64,000 nucleotides of DNA from Klebsormidium nitens (Eukaryota; Plantae; Klebsormidiophyceae). The stretch covers positions 1-64,000 of the forward strand of contig DF237341.1 in assembly GCA_000708835.1 (NCBI GenBank). Reading direction: 5' to 3'. The notes below the pieces were generated by a model that was given only the letters and a program-made list of their open reading frames with translations, did no database searches and was not told the DNA's origin. The position numbers and the translations under genes are program-made. Numbering within the stretch: the first letter of the stretch is position 1; every line of letters starts with the position of its first letter. Below, piece after piece: positions 34,669 to 50,957 of the stretch.

Positions 34669-35823
34669 GTCAATGGCGGGGGGCAGCAATAGCAGATCGA
34701 AAGACCGGGGGGGAGGGGGGGCCCAAGGGAGCAATGGGGTTGCTTGCTGAGGCCGCGGCAGGTGGGAACACCCGAGCCCGTGGGGGAGTTCCCGTGGCCT
34801 TGTACAGTGACGTAGACGATTCTTGTAGGTTGAGGCACCTTATCCTCACGTACCGACCCAGTGTTTTATGCTAGGAATCAGCATATATATGAGCACGCAC
34901 GACTGGGAACGCTGGTGGCCGATGGCCGGAAGTTAGGCTCTGCGCGTGTGGTTGTCTGCATAGCTCGAGGTAGCTAGCGTTGCTTGTTTTGGCTACACGA
35001 AGAGTCAGCTTTGCACTGGTGTTTGAGGATGCAGACGTGGTCGCTACTAACATATGCAGACCTAATTGGTGCGACTCGATTTTCTGCTCTGGGTATCGTT
35101 TGTCCGGCTTTCCGCCTCCCTTCTGTCATCGTGGCATGCCGGTCAAGTTCTTAGTAGTGCCTCAAAGTCTCTCTCGAATGGGCATAAGGGATTAGGTGTT
35201 GACCTGATAACACACAAGGATGGATCAAACAGTGACTTGATAACACACCAAGAATCATGAACCGGTCTATATGTGATTAAGTCTTGCTGTCGAAGTTTGC
35301 AGTGGCGGGAAAGGGCACAGGAGGTGCGAGGATGCAATTTCTGAAAAGAAGAACGCACTGGATAGTGTATGTCTGCCAGCAATAGATTGCATCTATATGA
35401 CTCCATCACCGCTGACCTTACTATAACCATGCTATGGCCTAATGCGCTGCAACGGATTCTGTGCTCATGCAAAAGATATATATACTGAGCTCATACCACA
35501 TTGCAAAACGAGTATTGCAGACTGACTGCAATATGAACCATACATGTCGTGGGCAATTTAACAGTCCAATACATGAAGCATGCAATGGTATCCAACGAAA
35601 AATATTCAGAATTCATTCACTGTACTATGTAGAGGCTGCGGGTTGGCCCGGCTTGATTTACTTAAGTGCAGGCTACACTGAAGGTCAATTCAGTGTCGAC
35701 GTAGGCTTGCATCTTGACGACAAGTGGTGCATGTGCGCCCCCGGATACACTGATCTCGCAATGGCACTAGTACATGTCAATCATACACGCCGCTTTGCTG
35801 ACGAGGGAGGCGCTTCCTTCTCA

Positions 35824-38416
35824 TCAATGATTGCCAAAGTCGTCGTGGAACTTGATGTTGCCGTTCAGGAATGAGTCCGAATCTGCCACGCGGACATGGC
35901 ATGGTCCCGTTAGTGCAGCAACTTCACGTTGGACCCTTTGCTCGACAGAGGAAATTCAAGCGGTGCGTGCAACCGTCAGATGGAAATGGTCTCCAGCAGA
36001 ATAAGATGTCTACCCAGCTTGCAGTCGGTGTACAGTCAGGCAACTCGCAAAATCCATACTCGAGCGGGGCAACTTTGCAGCTTACCGGTCATCTCCAAGG
36101 ACGCCAGCTCTCGCCGGACATACGCCGCAAGAATCTGCAAAGACGGAGCCAGGTCAACACCTCGGGCAGATGTACGAGAAACTTCCTGAGGAACATCTAA
36201 ATCTGCGCCACGTTCAACCCAGGGTACGACCAAGCAGTAACCTTGACTCGCGAGCCTCTCTCATTCTCGATCATCCAGGCCAGTCCTCGACTTTCTCGGC
36301 AGCACTGTTTTGTGGCAGTCTCACCTCGGCGTCGCGCGTCCGCGGCCCTGCGGGCAGCTCCCGCGGCTCGCCTTCCTCCGCTAACACGTTCCTGCATGTC
36401 CGCCATGCACGCGGTCGCTCAATACACACGGAAGGCGGATACCTCGTGCACACAAGCAGTAGACACGTACGGCATCACCAGTGAGATCCCCCCCTGAGGG
36501 CGTGGGCCCGCACAGGGCCGTCTGGTGCGAAAGCAGTGGTCGAGCTGGCTGGCAGCCAACTGGGCAGGCCCCTCAAGGCCGTGGAGGCACTGTCACGAGG
36601 AAAGGGTACGCAGCGCCATGAGGCTCTGCCTTGCACTGCCTACCTCCAGAGCGCTTGCGGAAGGTCGCCTGCAGCAGCTGTCGGGGCAGTCGCGTCATCG
36701 TACGCACTGGCCGCTCCATAAAAGTACTTTTCCAGGTCGCGCAAGTACGCAGACGTGTTCATTGTGACCTGCGGAGAAAGGGGTCAGCTCGGCAGTTCGG
36801 TGGGGGCCAGCCCGGGGGGCGAAGCCTTACAAGGAGAACAGAGACGAGAGGCAGGTGAAAGCGAGGAGAAACCAGTACTGCAGACAGAAGCTGGAGCCGT
36901 TCCTAATGTTGAGTCTCGCTCTGTGGCCCCTTTGGTGCTGGCGCTAGCTGGGGCGCTTACCCCCTCCTTGACAACGCGCTTCTCCACATCGTGCTGGAAG
37001 AGGTCGTAGAGCATCTGGCCCACGGGGGCACCGCGCTCGGGGCCGTCCTTGCGCAGGCGCACCAGGCAGAGCCACACGTGCAACACGAGCAACGAGTAGG
37101 TCGTGCGGAAGGTCACTGGCAGGTGCACCGCTGCGCGTTGCAACAAAGCAAGCCTTCAGGCACTGGCGACTAAACTTGTGGGACGCGGAGTGCAGCTGGG
37201 CAACCCAGCAACAGTCATTGGGTCTGTGTGAAAGGAGGCCAGATCTCGAGAATCTGAGCTGGTGGCCACCAGGAGGCAGGCATAGGTGCCCACCTTGGTA
37301 GAGGCGCTCGTTGAGCACCTGCACTGTGATGTGCTCAAAGAGAGCGGTGCTCCCGCGCGCCACACGACTCTCCGGGGTATAGTACCCCATCACTCGCAAC
37401 GCAAGCTGGCGCCAGCCGGCGGGGGCGCTCTCCTTCTTGAACAATGAGGAGGAAGGCGGAAGAGCCAAGGACTCAGGAGCCGCACTTTGAGGATGCTGCA
37501 AAGAGTAGAGCAGGCCACTTCAAACAGTGTCTATGAATTCCTTACGAGCACTCTTGAGATTGGACACGGCACGATCTCAGAAAAGTCGGCCTTTCCGTAA
37601 TGCTCTGTCTCATACAGTGAACCGCCAGCGCTGACCTGCTGCCTATGAAGACGGTTAGAAAGTGAGGGCATCTTACTGAAGAAGCTGCCAGCGTACTCCA
37701 GAAAGGAGAAAGCATTCATGACGTCTGCGGAGGACGATGCCAGGCAGATCTTTATTTCCATGAATCGTGCCTTTCACGCAATCAGTGGGGATCATTGGAT
37801 GGCCTCTACATACTATATAGAAGGAGAACGGAGCAGGAACTGAAGAGACTGGACGATGTTGTCAGCAGGGAAAAGGGCTTGCATGCAGGCTTGAGCTGTA
37901 AGTGACAAGGATCAAATATCGGATCTTGTGAAAGGCTGTGCGCTATAGAGCCTTGATCAATCACCCAGTGAGTGGTGTTGTAAGCCAGGGCCTAGCACCA
38001 CCTCCAGCATCACCACCACCGAGCCATCGCGTACACAGTGCTGCATCAAGGGTGATAAGAAAGACGGCGCCTACATTTAATATGCTGCCTCGGCTGGCCC
38101 CCTCCTGCTTGTCGCCTTCTCCACCTCGTGCCTTGCCATACATGGCAGATCTTTGTGCAATCTCCTTCTGCCATGTCTGTTTCCACCTTCGCCCACCCAG
38201 ATCAAAAGTTGTGTCCCAAGCAGCAGCATTCCCCTGATGCACTCTGTAGCTGGTACTGACCGTCGCCCCAGTCGTTGCGCCAGGGCTCTCCGGGCTGTCC
38301 CAGCACGCCGCAGCCAGATCGCAGGTGGCTACTCCAACCGCTCGCTCCAACTGCGAGCAGCGCCGACTGCTCAACAGAGCGGCCTCCCATATCAGAGATG
38401 CAGATTGCCGCAACAT
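35824..38416 (-). CDS. CBP3: Ubiquinol-cytochrome c chaperone (CBP3/UQCC1 family), mitochondrial
   Basis: MGYYTPESRVARGSTALF, TFRTTYSLLVLHVWLCLVRLR, LYDLFQHDVEKR, LRDLEKYFYG..SAYDDA, ALWRNV, LAAYVRRELASLEMTD. Presequence-like start MLRQSASL. The 5' exon structure is uncertain. Confidence 0.85.
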
Positions 38417-39442
38417 TTTGACAACAGTGGCTGGCTGGACCCTCTTTTAACGACTTCCTGTACAATGCTGACAGCAGCGCTCTGCTAGGCGCTCTCCCAC
38501 TTCGCAATTTCGCATTTTAATTGTTGCCCAAATTGCTGCCCACATCAGCTGATGGAATCCACATGTGACATTCCACATGCAGGGCCTGAGCGAAAACTGC
38601 AAAACAGGCTGCAAAGGGATATTTAGGGTTTGGCCAAACAGGGCGAAGGCTTTGACTAACAACGAATCTGAAGCGTCCACTTTTCCACGTTAAAAGATGA
38701 ACGGTATCGAACAATCGCAACTTCGTGCTGCCCCCGTGTTTCGCACTCCCCGAATGCACGTACCATACGTACCCGTACCTACTTATACGGTACCTACCAT
38801 CGATTCTTGCGAAAGGTCGCGGGTTCAAAGCCTCGACGTTGGAACTTGGAACATGTACATTTAACTCATCTCAGTAGCCTTTGAGCGAAAGCTGTTGATA
38901 CTTACAGCACGCTCGCATGCGCTCGCCTGATAACAACGTACACTCTTGGGTCGATTGGCATGACATTTCGTCCTCCTTTACATTGTGCGTGTGGTTGTGC
39001 TTGTCACCGGCCTCTTTTGTATTTTGCGACATGAACAAAACTGTAGGGTTCACTTGACAATTTTGATGCTCGTGGTTGCTCACTACTGGATTCTGATCCT
39101 GTGTGTTGGGTTTACTATTGTCTACCAGACAAGAAAGCAACCCTGCATCTGGCCCTTGCTGGAACCGAACATAAATATTGTAGGATGAATGAACTTGCGC
39201 CAAAGAGCTGGGCCTAGCATAGCAGGCAACTTGGGCTGTCTATTATGCTACACACTATTGGAACTATGATCAGCAGCGGTTGAAGATGACCCTCCGCAAC
39301 AAGCAGAATAGAACCCTAGACCTTCTAATAAATTTGGTGATTATCAATTTATCAATGGCTATAGCCTATCCCGCAGCAAGTTCGCAACTTGCTTGTATTC
39401 GTTGCCCTCTTTCTTTGCAGCAAATTGGCTGGGTGCCTTAAT

Positions 39443-42400
39443 TCATTGTGGTTGCTTGATTGTATCTGTATCGTCCTGCAAAGTATCGGAAGCAACCTCT
39501 CCTACATACATCTGGTATTGCAGATCGCCCCCTGAAGCACATAGTCGAAGTCCCCTATAATCGCCCCTCGCCTGCGCAGCGCAGATGTCCATCATCCTGC
39601 AATGATAGCGAGCCATGCATGTGCTTCATAGTTTTGCAACCAGATTCCAGGGTGGATCGTTTTGCAGAATCAGAAATCAAGGTAGATTCGTGTGAAAGCT
39701 GCCGTTCGGGAACGAAGCCTATTCAAAGGAACAGTGCCGGAATGCACAAGGGACTCAAACTGGATAAGCTGAAGATACGCCTGCCCTCTTGTTCGGTCAC
39801 TTGAAAGTTGTTTTTCGACGTTGGCTTTCCGTACGTTGCTTTCAACGTGATGGACCTTTATCACCTGCTGCACTGCACAAAATCCGGTGAATCTGTATGA
39901 CCATTTCAAATGGCTTTCAACTAGGAGATTAAAGGTGACCAGCTCTGTTTATCCTTGACGAGTCCGCTGAACCATCGGCTCAAATGACCAGCCATCTAAA
40001 GCAAGTCAACCAAGAATGGAACAGGAACCAGACAGGTTTAAGTCACTCACGTTCGAAAGAGAGGTCGATCTGCAAAGAAAGGCTGCTCACGAAAGCTCTT
40101 CAACGAAAGCCACTGCAGGAAACAGGGACGATATTGAATATCAATCGTTTTGGCTAACTGCATCATTTTGGCCAAACAGTTGCCAAAGAATAGAGGTGTT
40201 TCATTGCAGACACATTTAGAGCAATGAGGTATGACCTCCCGAGAACGAAAGACAAAGTTGGTCTCATAGATTGTGGTGACATGCGGCTTCTTTCTGTTCG
40301 CATTGGAAATTTCCGCTGCGAGCCCCAAAACACATTCGTCTGTCAAACTATATTGCGGTTGGCTGACCTACAGCTGCCTGCATCAAAGATTTCTCTGCCA
40401 GCCTTGTTAGTGTCTCTTTGAAGTCTCCACGTTTAGCTTACCTTGGCATCGGCGATTTCGGATTCTTGAGGAGTGATGTCATGGCTCAAAGCCCGCAGAG
40501 CACACACAAAGAAGAGGTCCGACTTCCCATGAGCTATTCCGTGGGCTTGCCTGCAAAAGTCAAGAAGCGGTGGTTGGCGTAAAGGGACGATCACACGCTA
40601 CGAGAATCCAAGAGGCGTTCAGAATCTTGACAACATGGACCGAGATACTTCCTCAATGCTCCCTATTCTTGTCACCTAAACCTTCTCTGCCCACAACCAT
40701 TCGTTGTCAAGTACACACCTGAAACACAACACTTCTTGGAATTCTGCATCGATTCCCGTCTCTTCCTTCACCTCTCGTACTGCTGCAGCACAGATATCCT
40801 CTCCCTGAGACACACGAGGGGTCGGATTAAAGATGCGCTACTTCGTAGCAAAACGAAGCCTCTACATCGTTTACTTGGTGACAGAGAAGGCTGCCACGTG
40901 CGCATCCTGTGCGGTCAATGATGGACGACAGCGATGTTCGATTTGCCTGCTCGTACATCCCCCAATGGACCAGATAGAGCGGGTGCCCCGAGGTGGAACT
41001 CACGTGATTTGCTAAACCCGTTGGCAGCTTCCAGATACCAGTGCCACGAAGTGGGCCGTTCTTCTCTTGTACGGCCAAAACCTGCTCCAAACAAGTTGAG
41101 TCCGCTTCACAAAAGGAAACGTGGGCCAGACTGTGTTCGCCGGTGCTGTCTGAAGGCTGGACGAAAGTTCCTTACGGGCAGAAGCTTTGCGGCTCCTGAA
41201 AGTAGCACTCAAACCCCTTAGAGCACAAGTGTATGATAAAGTCGCCGAATAGCTGGGTATTACCCCCTGCCAGGTTATAGACTCAGCCGCAACCGGCCCT
41301 TTTCATGTTAGCCTAGCCAAGCTCCAATTTCAATCGTTTTCAAATGGCTGCAAAAGACGTTGACAAAGCCCATGTTGGTCGCTCTGTCCACATCTCTCTG
41401 ACTTGGACGGTGCCCGCTCCTGCATGCCAATTTTGTTAACGTTGCCCCATTTCGATGTATACGCGTTACATGCAGCTTTTCTCGCTTTCTGGGAGTAATC
41501 TTCCAACTCTCCAGCCATTCTGGGAGTTGATTCCCCATCGAGCCAATTTTTACTCTAGGGCAATCCTTTCTTCCGATGTAGTAGGCCCGTAGTTTGATTC
41601 AAGGCTTTTCTTCCCTCCTGTTATGTTGTCTGTGGTGTGACTCACCTCTCCTGCGTCATTCAGCAGAAAGGCTCCTACACCCACTTGATGGGAGGCGTTG
41701 GCAGGCAGCGTTGACGGCACCTCTGGAAGCCACAGGGTCAGCATGCAGTACCCGGGGTCAGCATGGTGGTAGCCAAAACCTGCCTGCCAGGGGGGAACGG
41801 ACGTGAATTCGTGGACTACGAAGACTCGCATATGGGTCTGCTCCTTCTTGGAGGACATGTCCAGCTGACCAGCACCGCAAAAGAGTTTGATCAGATCACA
41901 CTATCATACTTCATAAAGGCGGCCTGCCTTAAATGTCCACGAAGCAGATCTCCCGTAGAAATTAGCATGTTCCTGACAGAAGCATGACAAGGGCTGGTGA
42001 AAGGAGAACTCATCCCTACAAGCAGTCACATCATCTTGGCCTGGACGCTTCAATCACGCTTTCAGTCCTGAATACCCAGCACTTTGCATCTTACTGCAAA
42101 ACCTTCGCCGCATCTTATGCACGTAAACTGGTCATTAGAACAAAACCCACATGAGGGCAAGATTCCAGCCTTACCTTGATAGCTGTGGGCACTAGATCCA
42201 CATGAGAGAGGGGCAGCTTCAACCAGATCCCTTTCTTGCCCTGCACTCGAGAAGCACAAAGTCACTCACTGAGTTTATGACTGAAATCAGCCTTACAAAG
42301 CAGTCAATGTCATCAGCCTCAGCCAAGGGATCAACCCAATGACCACTCTACTTTTGAACTTGAAGAGCCCCTGTATTGCCACCTAGCAACACGACTCCAA

Positions 42401-43254
42401 AAGCATGGTGCCCTAGCCCTGAGCTTCCTCAAGCTAACAAGCGAATGGACATCAGCGGAGACACACGTGCGCAATGCTGCCGAATCATTTTGCCTCCATC
42501 TCAACCCCTTATCATCACACCATTCCTGTGTCCATCGATCCGAATAAGCCTGTCCTCAGCTGCCCCGTGCTTTCCGTGCCCAGAATTTAAGCGGTGGAGG
42601 GACTTCGTACGACCAATGTTTGCAACCACCACCACCTACCTGAGCTTTCCAGTGAAGAATTGAGGCTTCTAGCCTGCTCCGGAACTCTTCCACAGTCGAT
42701 GGTAAGAGGTCTGCCTCAACGATCATGCCGTCATAGCGATCCTCGATGGCTCCAAGTACTTGGAACCCATGGGTTTCGCTGGTCGAAGCAACCGGGCTGG
42801 CGTCCATAGCACTGATCCTTCTTACTACCGAACGCTCGCTGCCTGCTTCGTCAGCTCGTTTGTCTACAGCCAGATATGTCTCATGCAGATCCTTGAATAC
42901 ACGACGGGAGAGGCTATTGGGCTTGGGCACTATCAAAAGATGATTTGCACATCGCATGCGTTCTGGCCCTGAAGCTGAAGCTGGTGGTGATCGTCCCAGT
43001 AATAGCGTGGTTGGCTGATGGGCCCAGCATTCTTTGCTCCCACCCTGAATGGAAAGATCAACACAAGATCGTTGCTGAAAGCGGAACTTGAAGGACGTCC
43101 TACTCCAGATTCGAGCCATCTGCCTGGAACCAACGCAATGCAGGCTGCAGCCACTAGGTAGATTGGTGGTCCACTTGTGTGCAGCACTAATTGGTGACGA
43201 GCAGCGCCCGAGTGTGAACGTGGCCGGTGTCCCACTGTCACTCAATGCAGCCAT
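39443..43254 (-). CDS. Plant-type Nudix hydrolase (NUDT2/6/8-like subfamily) with long organellar presequence, 8 exons
   Basis: DRYDG, GKKGIWLKLP, GFGYHHA..GY.MLT.WLP..PSTLPANASHQVGVGA, GIWKLPTG; Nudix box G-LANHG-E-DICAAAV-REVKEETGI; GKSDLFFVC. Last exon 39596-39443. Confidence 0.93.
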
Positions 43255-43482
43255 TATGGACGGCTTCGCGCGCTTCCCGTGGTGTCAGATTGTCCACGTG
43301 CTATATATCCGACGGCGTTGGCGGGGGGCATGGCCTCAGCCGCTAACTTTTGCCTGTTCTCATCAGTTGCCCACTGGCATCAGACTCGAAGGGACAGAAG
43401 AGACGACTGCCTAGGTCCGTTGCTGGCATTGGCATCTGCACGCTACCTCCGTCTACGTACAGTTGCGAAGAAACAAAGAGAC
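43255..43482. promoter_or_regulatory. Probable bidirectional promoter (228 bp between divergent ATGs)
   Basis: Nudix ATG at 43254 (-) and SLP1 ATG at 43483 (+). Confidence 0.55.
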
Positions 43483-46400
43483 ATGGCGGCAACACATGCT
43501 GCGCTGAAGGCATTCGGTGGCTGTCATCTACAATCGTCAATACATAGGCAATCGTCAAATGTTGATGCGTCTTTGGATTTACAGGCTTCAACGAGTGGGC
43601 GATTCTCCGCACCTTTTCAGAATGACAAAAAGACTCGAGGGTCTGCCAGGACTTGGTCTCCCTGGAGGGACAATATCCCTCTGACCAGCAAGAGAGAGTT
43701 GCTACTACATGCTATGGGCAGGAAAGGGCGGTGTCAGTGTAAGCAGGCTGGTTTGCCATGGCCCTATTCTCGACCTCTCGGCCAGCAGCGCAGGGACTTC
43801 CTTGCCTGGTGCATAGCTGCTCTGGTGGGGGGGCAAGTAGGGACAGCATGTGGATCGGACATGGGGGCAAAATCAGGGGCTCTGGCGAGCAGCGCTGTGT
43901 GTCAGCAGCCGGTTGTCCAGGGGCCGGTGGAGGTCAGCGTCATCCCGCGCTGGTCTGGAGTGGACGCTGGGCACATTATTGAGGATGGCGGGTATCCTCC
44001 AACAGTGGTCGCAGCACCGGGGCGGAGAGTAGTTGCGTGTGAGTCTGGCTTCCATGTCTGCCTCTCTATTTAGGGTTTCAGGTTGGAAAGGTCCAGAATC
44101 AGCATTATACCAATGCACTTGGGGAATACATTGGCTGCCCCCTTTGGTGTGCATGCGGTGCCTGCTGTTGGGCTTAGCTGGTAACTCAATGCTTTGCGCT
44201 GACGCAATGTTGGAATGTTAGGCTGTAAAGTCGCGGACATACATCTGATGGTTGAGAATCCAAGTGCAAAGCGCCCAATGCACGAATGACATGTCAGCCT
44301 TTTGGTTCTGCATACATTGAAGGCGTCAGCATTTCTATTTCTGATCTGCACCCAGCTCTGCTTAAGTTGCGCATTGCTTATGGTTGACCAAAGCATGTTA
44401 TGGTGCAGCTGGTGACTTTCACGGCGACATGCGGGCGGCACGGCGAGCCCTGCAGCTGGCGGGTGTGCTGAGCCAGGACCAGCAGGACCGGTGGACGGGG
44501 GGCAGCTCCGTGTTTGTCCAGGTGGGGGATGTCTTGGACCGGGGGGACGACGAGATTGCCATCATGTCACTGCTGGCGCACCTCAGCCGCCAAGCCAGCG
44601 CAGCCGGAGGGGCCCTCTACCAGGTAAAGCATATGAAACCAAGTTCTATCAGTAAGTTGGGTCTGCTATTAGCCTACCGGAAGTTTGTCCTACTGCACTG
44701 AATCTGGCAACCGATGCAGTGCCACTCTGGATCCACATTGTCATTCCATGTTCAGTGTATGCTGAGTGCATGTCACATGCAATAAGCCTCTTCTCACTGC
44801 GTTCTTTGCAGGTTTGTGGGAATCACGAAACAATGAATGTGTATGGCGACTTTCGATACGTGACTGAGGAGGGGTTCAAGGAGGGCGATTGGTTTGACCG
44901 GTGGGCCCGCGAGAACTATGGCGGCGACCACATGGCCGCCTTCCAGAGCTGGTACAAGGAGGCGCCCCTTGCCAAGTAAGCCCGCACCAGGCTGCCCCCG
45001 CTGAGCCGGCCTACCAGGTCTCAAGCCTGGCCCCGCAGCCCTGAGAAGCTGTCCTGTATGTGTGATGGCTGCAACTCCCTCTTCTTGTATCAATGTCCGA
45101 CGGAGGATGCTCCGCCCCCTGATGTGTGCCTCCCCTGCCTGGGTGTGGCAGGCAGCAGCTGAAGCGGTCGCCCAGTGCGTCATGGAACCCGCTGCTGGCC
45201 AACAGGCCCCGTAGGGTGCGGCAGGAGCTGTTTGAGCCGGGGGGTCCGCTGGCGCGGGTCATGGCCGGCTACAGCGCTGTGCTGCAGGTCAACGACTCGC
45301 TGTTTGCGCATGGGGGGGTCCTCCCGCACCACGGTCAGTCACCGCCGCGCCCCTCGAGAGACAAGGTTGAAGCAAAAGCTCGGTGATGTCAGAGATACAT
45401 TGCGCTGCCCAAAGTAGGGCCCAGGCCTGTACCCATTGGCCATATGCTCGTCTTAAACATGTCGGCCCGGATGCGCTTCAGGCTCAAGGATGTTGCACAC
45501 ATAGCTCAGCCTGAGTGTCTTGCTGACACGGCCTGCTCGCTTGCCTGGCCAGTTGACTACGGGTTGGAGCGGCTGAACCGCGAGGTGTCGCGCTGGATGC
45601 TGGGCCACACGGACCGCGTCACAGGAGAGCCGCAGGAGCAGCCCTTCCTGGCCACGCGCGGCTACAACAGCGTCATGTGGTCACGCCTCTACTCCCGCGA
45701 AGAGTACGACTCAGGGGCGGAGCGTGACCAGGTGCGCACTGCACCACCCCAGTCTCACAACCCGCTTTCTTGCGTCAGCTGCGGCAACTCGGCTGGTCCC
45801 CTCGGTTTCTGGTGCCCCTTATATAAAGGGGCCAGTGAAAAAGTCGTTTCATGTCTCCGTTGGGTTGAGACGCTCTCTGTGCCCGGCTGGCCGCCCCCCT
45901 GAGCCGCTACTGTGTGTCCTGTGCCGGCAGGTGTGCATGACGCTATCCAAGGCCCTGCGCATGGTCCCCGGGGCCAAGCGCCTCATCGTGGGGCACACGC
46001 CGCAAGAGACAGGGGCCAACAGGTAGGCACACAGCCGCGCTAAACGTACCTCTGCTGCAGCTTCTGGCAGGCTCTGGTGCGAATCGTTTTGGAGGCTTGC
46101 GATGACGGCCGGGCTCCGTCCACTTTGCGTGTGAGACAGGTAAAAACGTGGTGATGCTCACTGACGCAGCAGAGGGTTTGATAGCTGTCCAGTTGATAAC
46201 GTGGCCGGTGTTTGAGTAGGGAATATAGAATATCCAATTTTCTCAGAAGTTGCCAAGACCAACGCGTCACGCAAACATTCACAGAGTTCTGCCCGTCCGA
46301 AAGCACAAGCATCCAGAATCAGCCGCACCAGTCTGGAAATTGCAAAGCACAAGTCTGTACTCCAGTAGTCAGTCATCCAGTCTGGGCAATGTATTCCAGC

Positions 46401-46962
46401 AATCTCAAGGTATCTTACGTTGAGCATCGCAATCGAAGCTGTCCTTAGCCAGAGCTTGCTTTGTTTGACGGCTTGAACTTAAACCAGGCCGACTTTGAAG
46501 GTTAAGTTTCCTCCCACTCTCGGTTGAACCCAAGAGCAAGCAGGGTATCAGTCTCCCTCTTGTGTGTGTGCAGTGAGTGCAACGGTCGCATCTGGCGAAT
46601 AGACGTGGGCATGTCCAGCGGCATCCTGCAAGCTGCCCCGCAGGTGAGCTGCGTTAACACCAACTGCTCTGCAGACAGCACCAGTGCTTGAACATAAGGC
46701 AGTGGCCAACTTCCATATGACATGGGTTGGTCGTGCATCGAAAGGCCCCAGCAAGCTCGTCTGTGCCGGATATTCGAGGTTTCGGTGGCCTCCTTTTGAG
46801 TAACGAAATGCAGCGTGCTTGCAGCGTTGGCAGGCTGGTTTGATCAATAGTGCATAAACGCCAAGTTAACTTGTCGTGCAGGTACTCGAGATTTCTGGGA
46901 GCGACGTCCGGGTACTCAGCGAGGAGACTGGCCGCGACTTATGGTTGGCATCGTACATATAA
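43483..46962 (+). CDS. SLP1: Shewanella-like protein phosphatase 1 (PPP family), plastid-targeted, 8 exons
   Basis: GDFHGD, GDVLDRG, GNHE, FAHGG, GHTPQ, RIDVGMSSG, with in-frame splicing. Stop TAA at 46960-46962. Confidence 0.95.
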
Positions 46963-47348
46963 GTCTAACAATCACCAATGTTTGAGTAACCTCGCAATCT
47001 GCTGGCGTAAAATTGTACTTCTAAAGTGTACAACCTTCATGAGGCACTCAATTTGTAAATAGTTTTCGAACTGCAGCTTTACAGAGGGGGAATTAGTTGC
47101 CACTGCGGGTAGGATGCGGTCAGAAATTACTGATTGGATCGGGCGCCAGCTCACGTGTTGACGGGTTGAAGTTCTTAAATAAGGGGAAATTATGGGGTAT
47201 TTGTGTTACATGCTCCAACCCCAGCTACATGGAACTTCCTGATTTGTATACAACTTCCGAGAGGATTCTGTAAGTCAAGAATACTGTTCTTTGAAAGGTG
47301 ACGGGAAGTAACTCTTAGGTTCCAACGTTGACCCTCATGATCATTTTT

Positions 47349-47404
47349 GCCATGAGAACCTATGGCCTATTTTTGGCTACGGCGCATTTGGAAAAAATCC
47401 ATCA
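47349..47404 (+). repeat. Dispersed intergenic motif, copy B
   Basis: GCCATGAGAACCTATGGCCTATTTTTGGCTACGGCG...CATCA aligns with 55064-55116. Confidence 0.5.
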
Positions 47405-48411
47405 TAAGAAGCGTGTAGTCCAGGTCATGATGGTTTTGTGCCGCGCAGGCGATGCAATGAGATCATTGTAATATGTCTTCTTGCAGGTTCAATCAATGCA
47501 ACAAGTATAGGTACTGCAGCTAGTCACTAAGCTGGCAAGGCGGCGGCAGCGTATGGATTGATTCAAATATACGCATGTACATGCAGCACTTATACCTGAA
47601 GAGCTTTACCGGTACGTACTAGAAGTCAATGGCACTGAGCTCTACTCTATAACCAAGGGTACATATACTCGATCGTTCTTCTGCATGAGAACACTGTGCG
47701 TGTGGCCCGGTGGTGTTTAACAAAATTCAGCGCGGAAACCCCAACATGAGCATGGGCACACTGACCTCTTAAGCTATCGCGTCCAGTGCATGCATGTCAG
47801 ACAGCTCAGTACAACATATTACAGCTATACTTGGAGTACATGCTTCTGTAAATATTGATGAATACCAACCAATCTTCAACCCGGAGGCCCATGTTTAAGA
47901 TAGGTACGTTTCACTTTTGCAATGGCGTCATCATGTTTTCAGGAAGTAGAATCAGCGAACTTGTTATGCACTTCAAAAGCAAATGCTGCGCTTCGTTACA
48001 ATCACGTACGGATTTCACGCATACACCATCTTCAATCAATCATACGAGCTATAGGTGCCTCAATTCCAAACAACCTGACCAAACCAGGCATGTGCCCGTG
48101 ACTGAGATCCGAAACGATTGAATGGACCTTCTTCAGGTCAATACTGTAAAAGGAGCCGGCATGACAAGGTGATTGGGGTCCGGTTTAAGGCCAGTTGTTA
48201 GCGTCAGGAGCCGGCAAGGATTTGCACTCGGTACCGTGCGCATCGGATATCCGACAAATATTTCTGCCAGAAGCTGCTTGGAGGGGTTGGTTGTCCACGG
48301 TACGCCCGAATCTTCAAATCGATGCTGACGTCAGAACCAAGTCGGACAGCGAGCGACCATACCTCGAGGTCCAATCATCCGCTGGCCTGGTGCTCGCGGC
48401 CTTTAGTGGTG

Positions 48412-50957
<2,546 letters not shown>

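Noticed and set aside
38805-38836. tRNA T-arm/B-box-like GGTCGCGGGTTCAAAGCC
   Set aside because: No A-box, D arm or acceptor stem upstream; cannot fold as a tRNA.
38985-39188. Hydrophobic 67-aa ORF as a missing plus-strand gene
   Set aside because: Lies in the ~1 kb between the Nudix stop (39443) and the CBP3 ATG (38416); no recognisable motif or exon partners.
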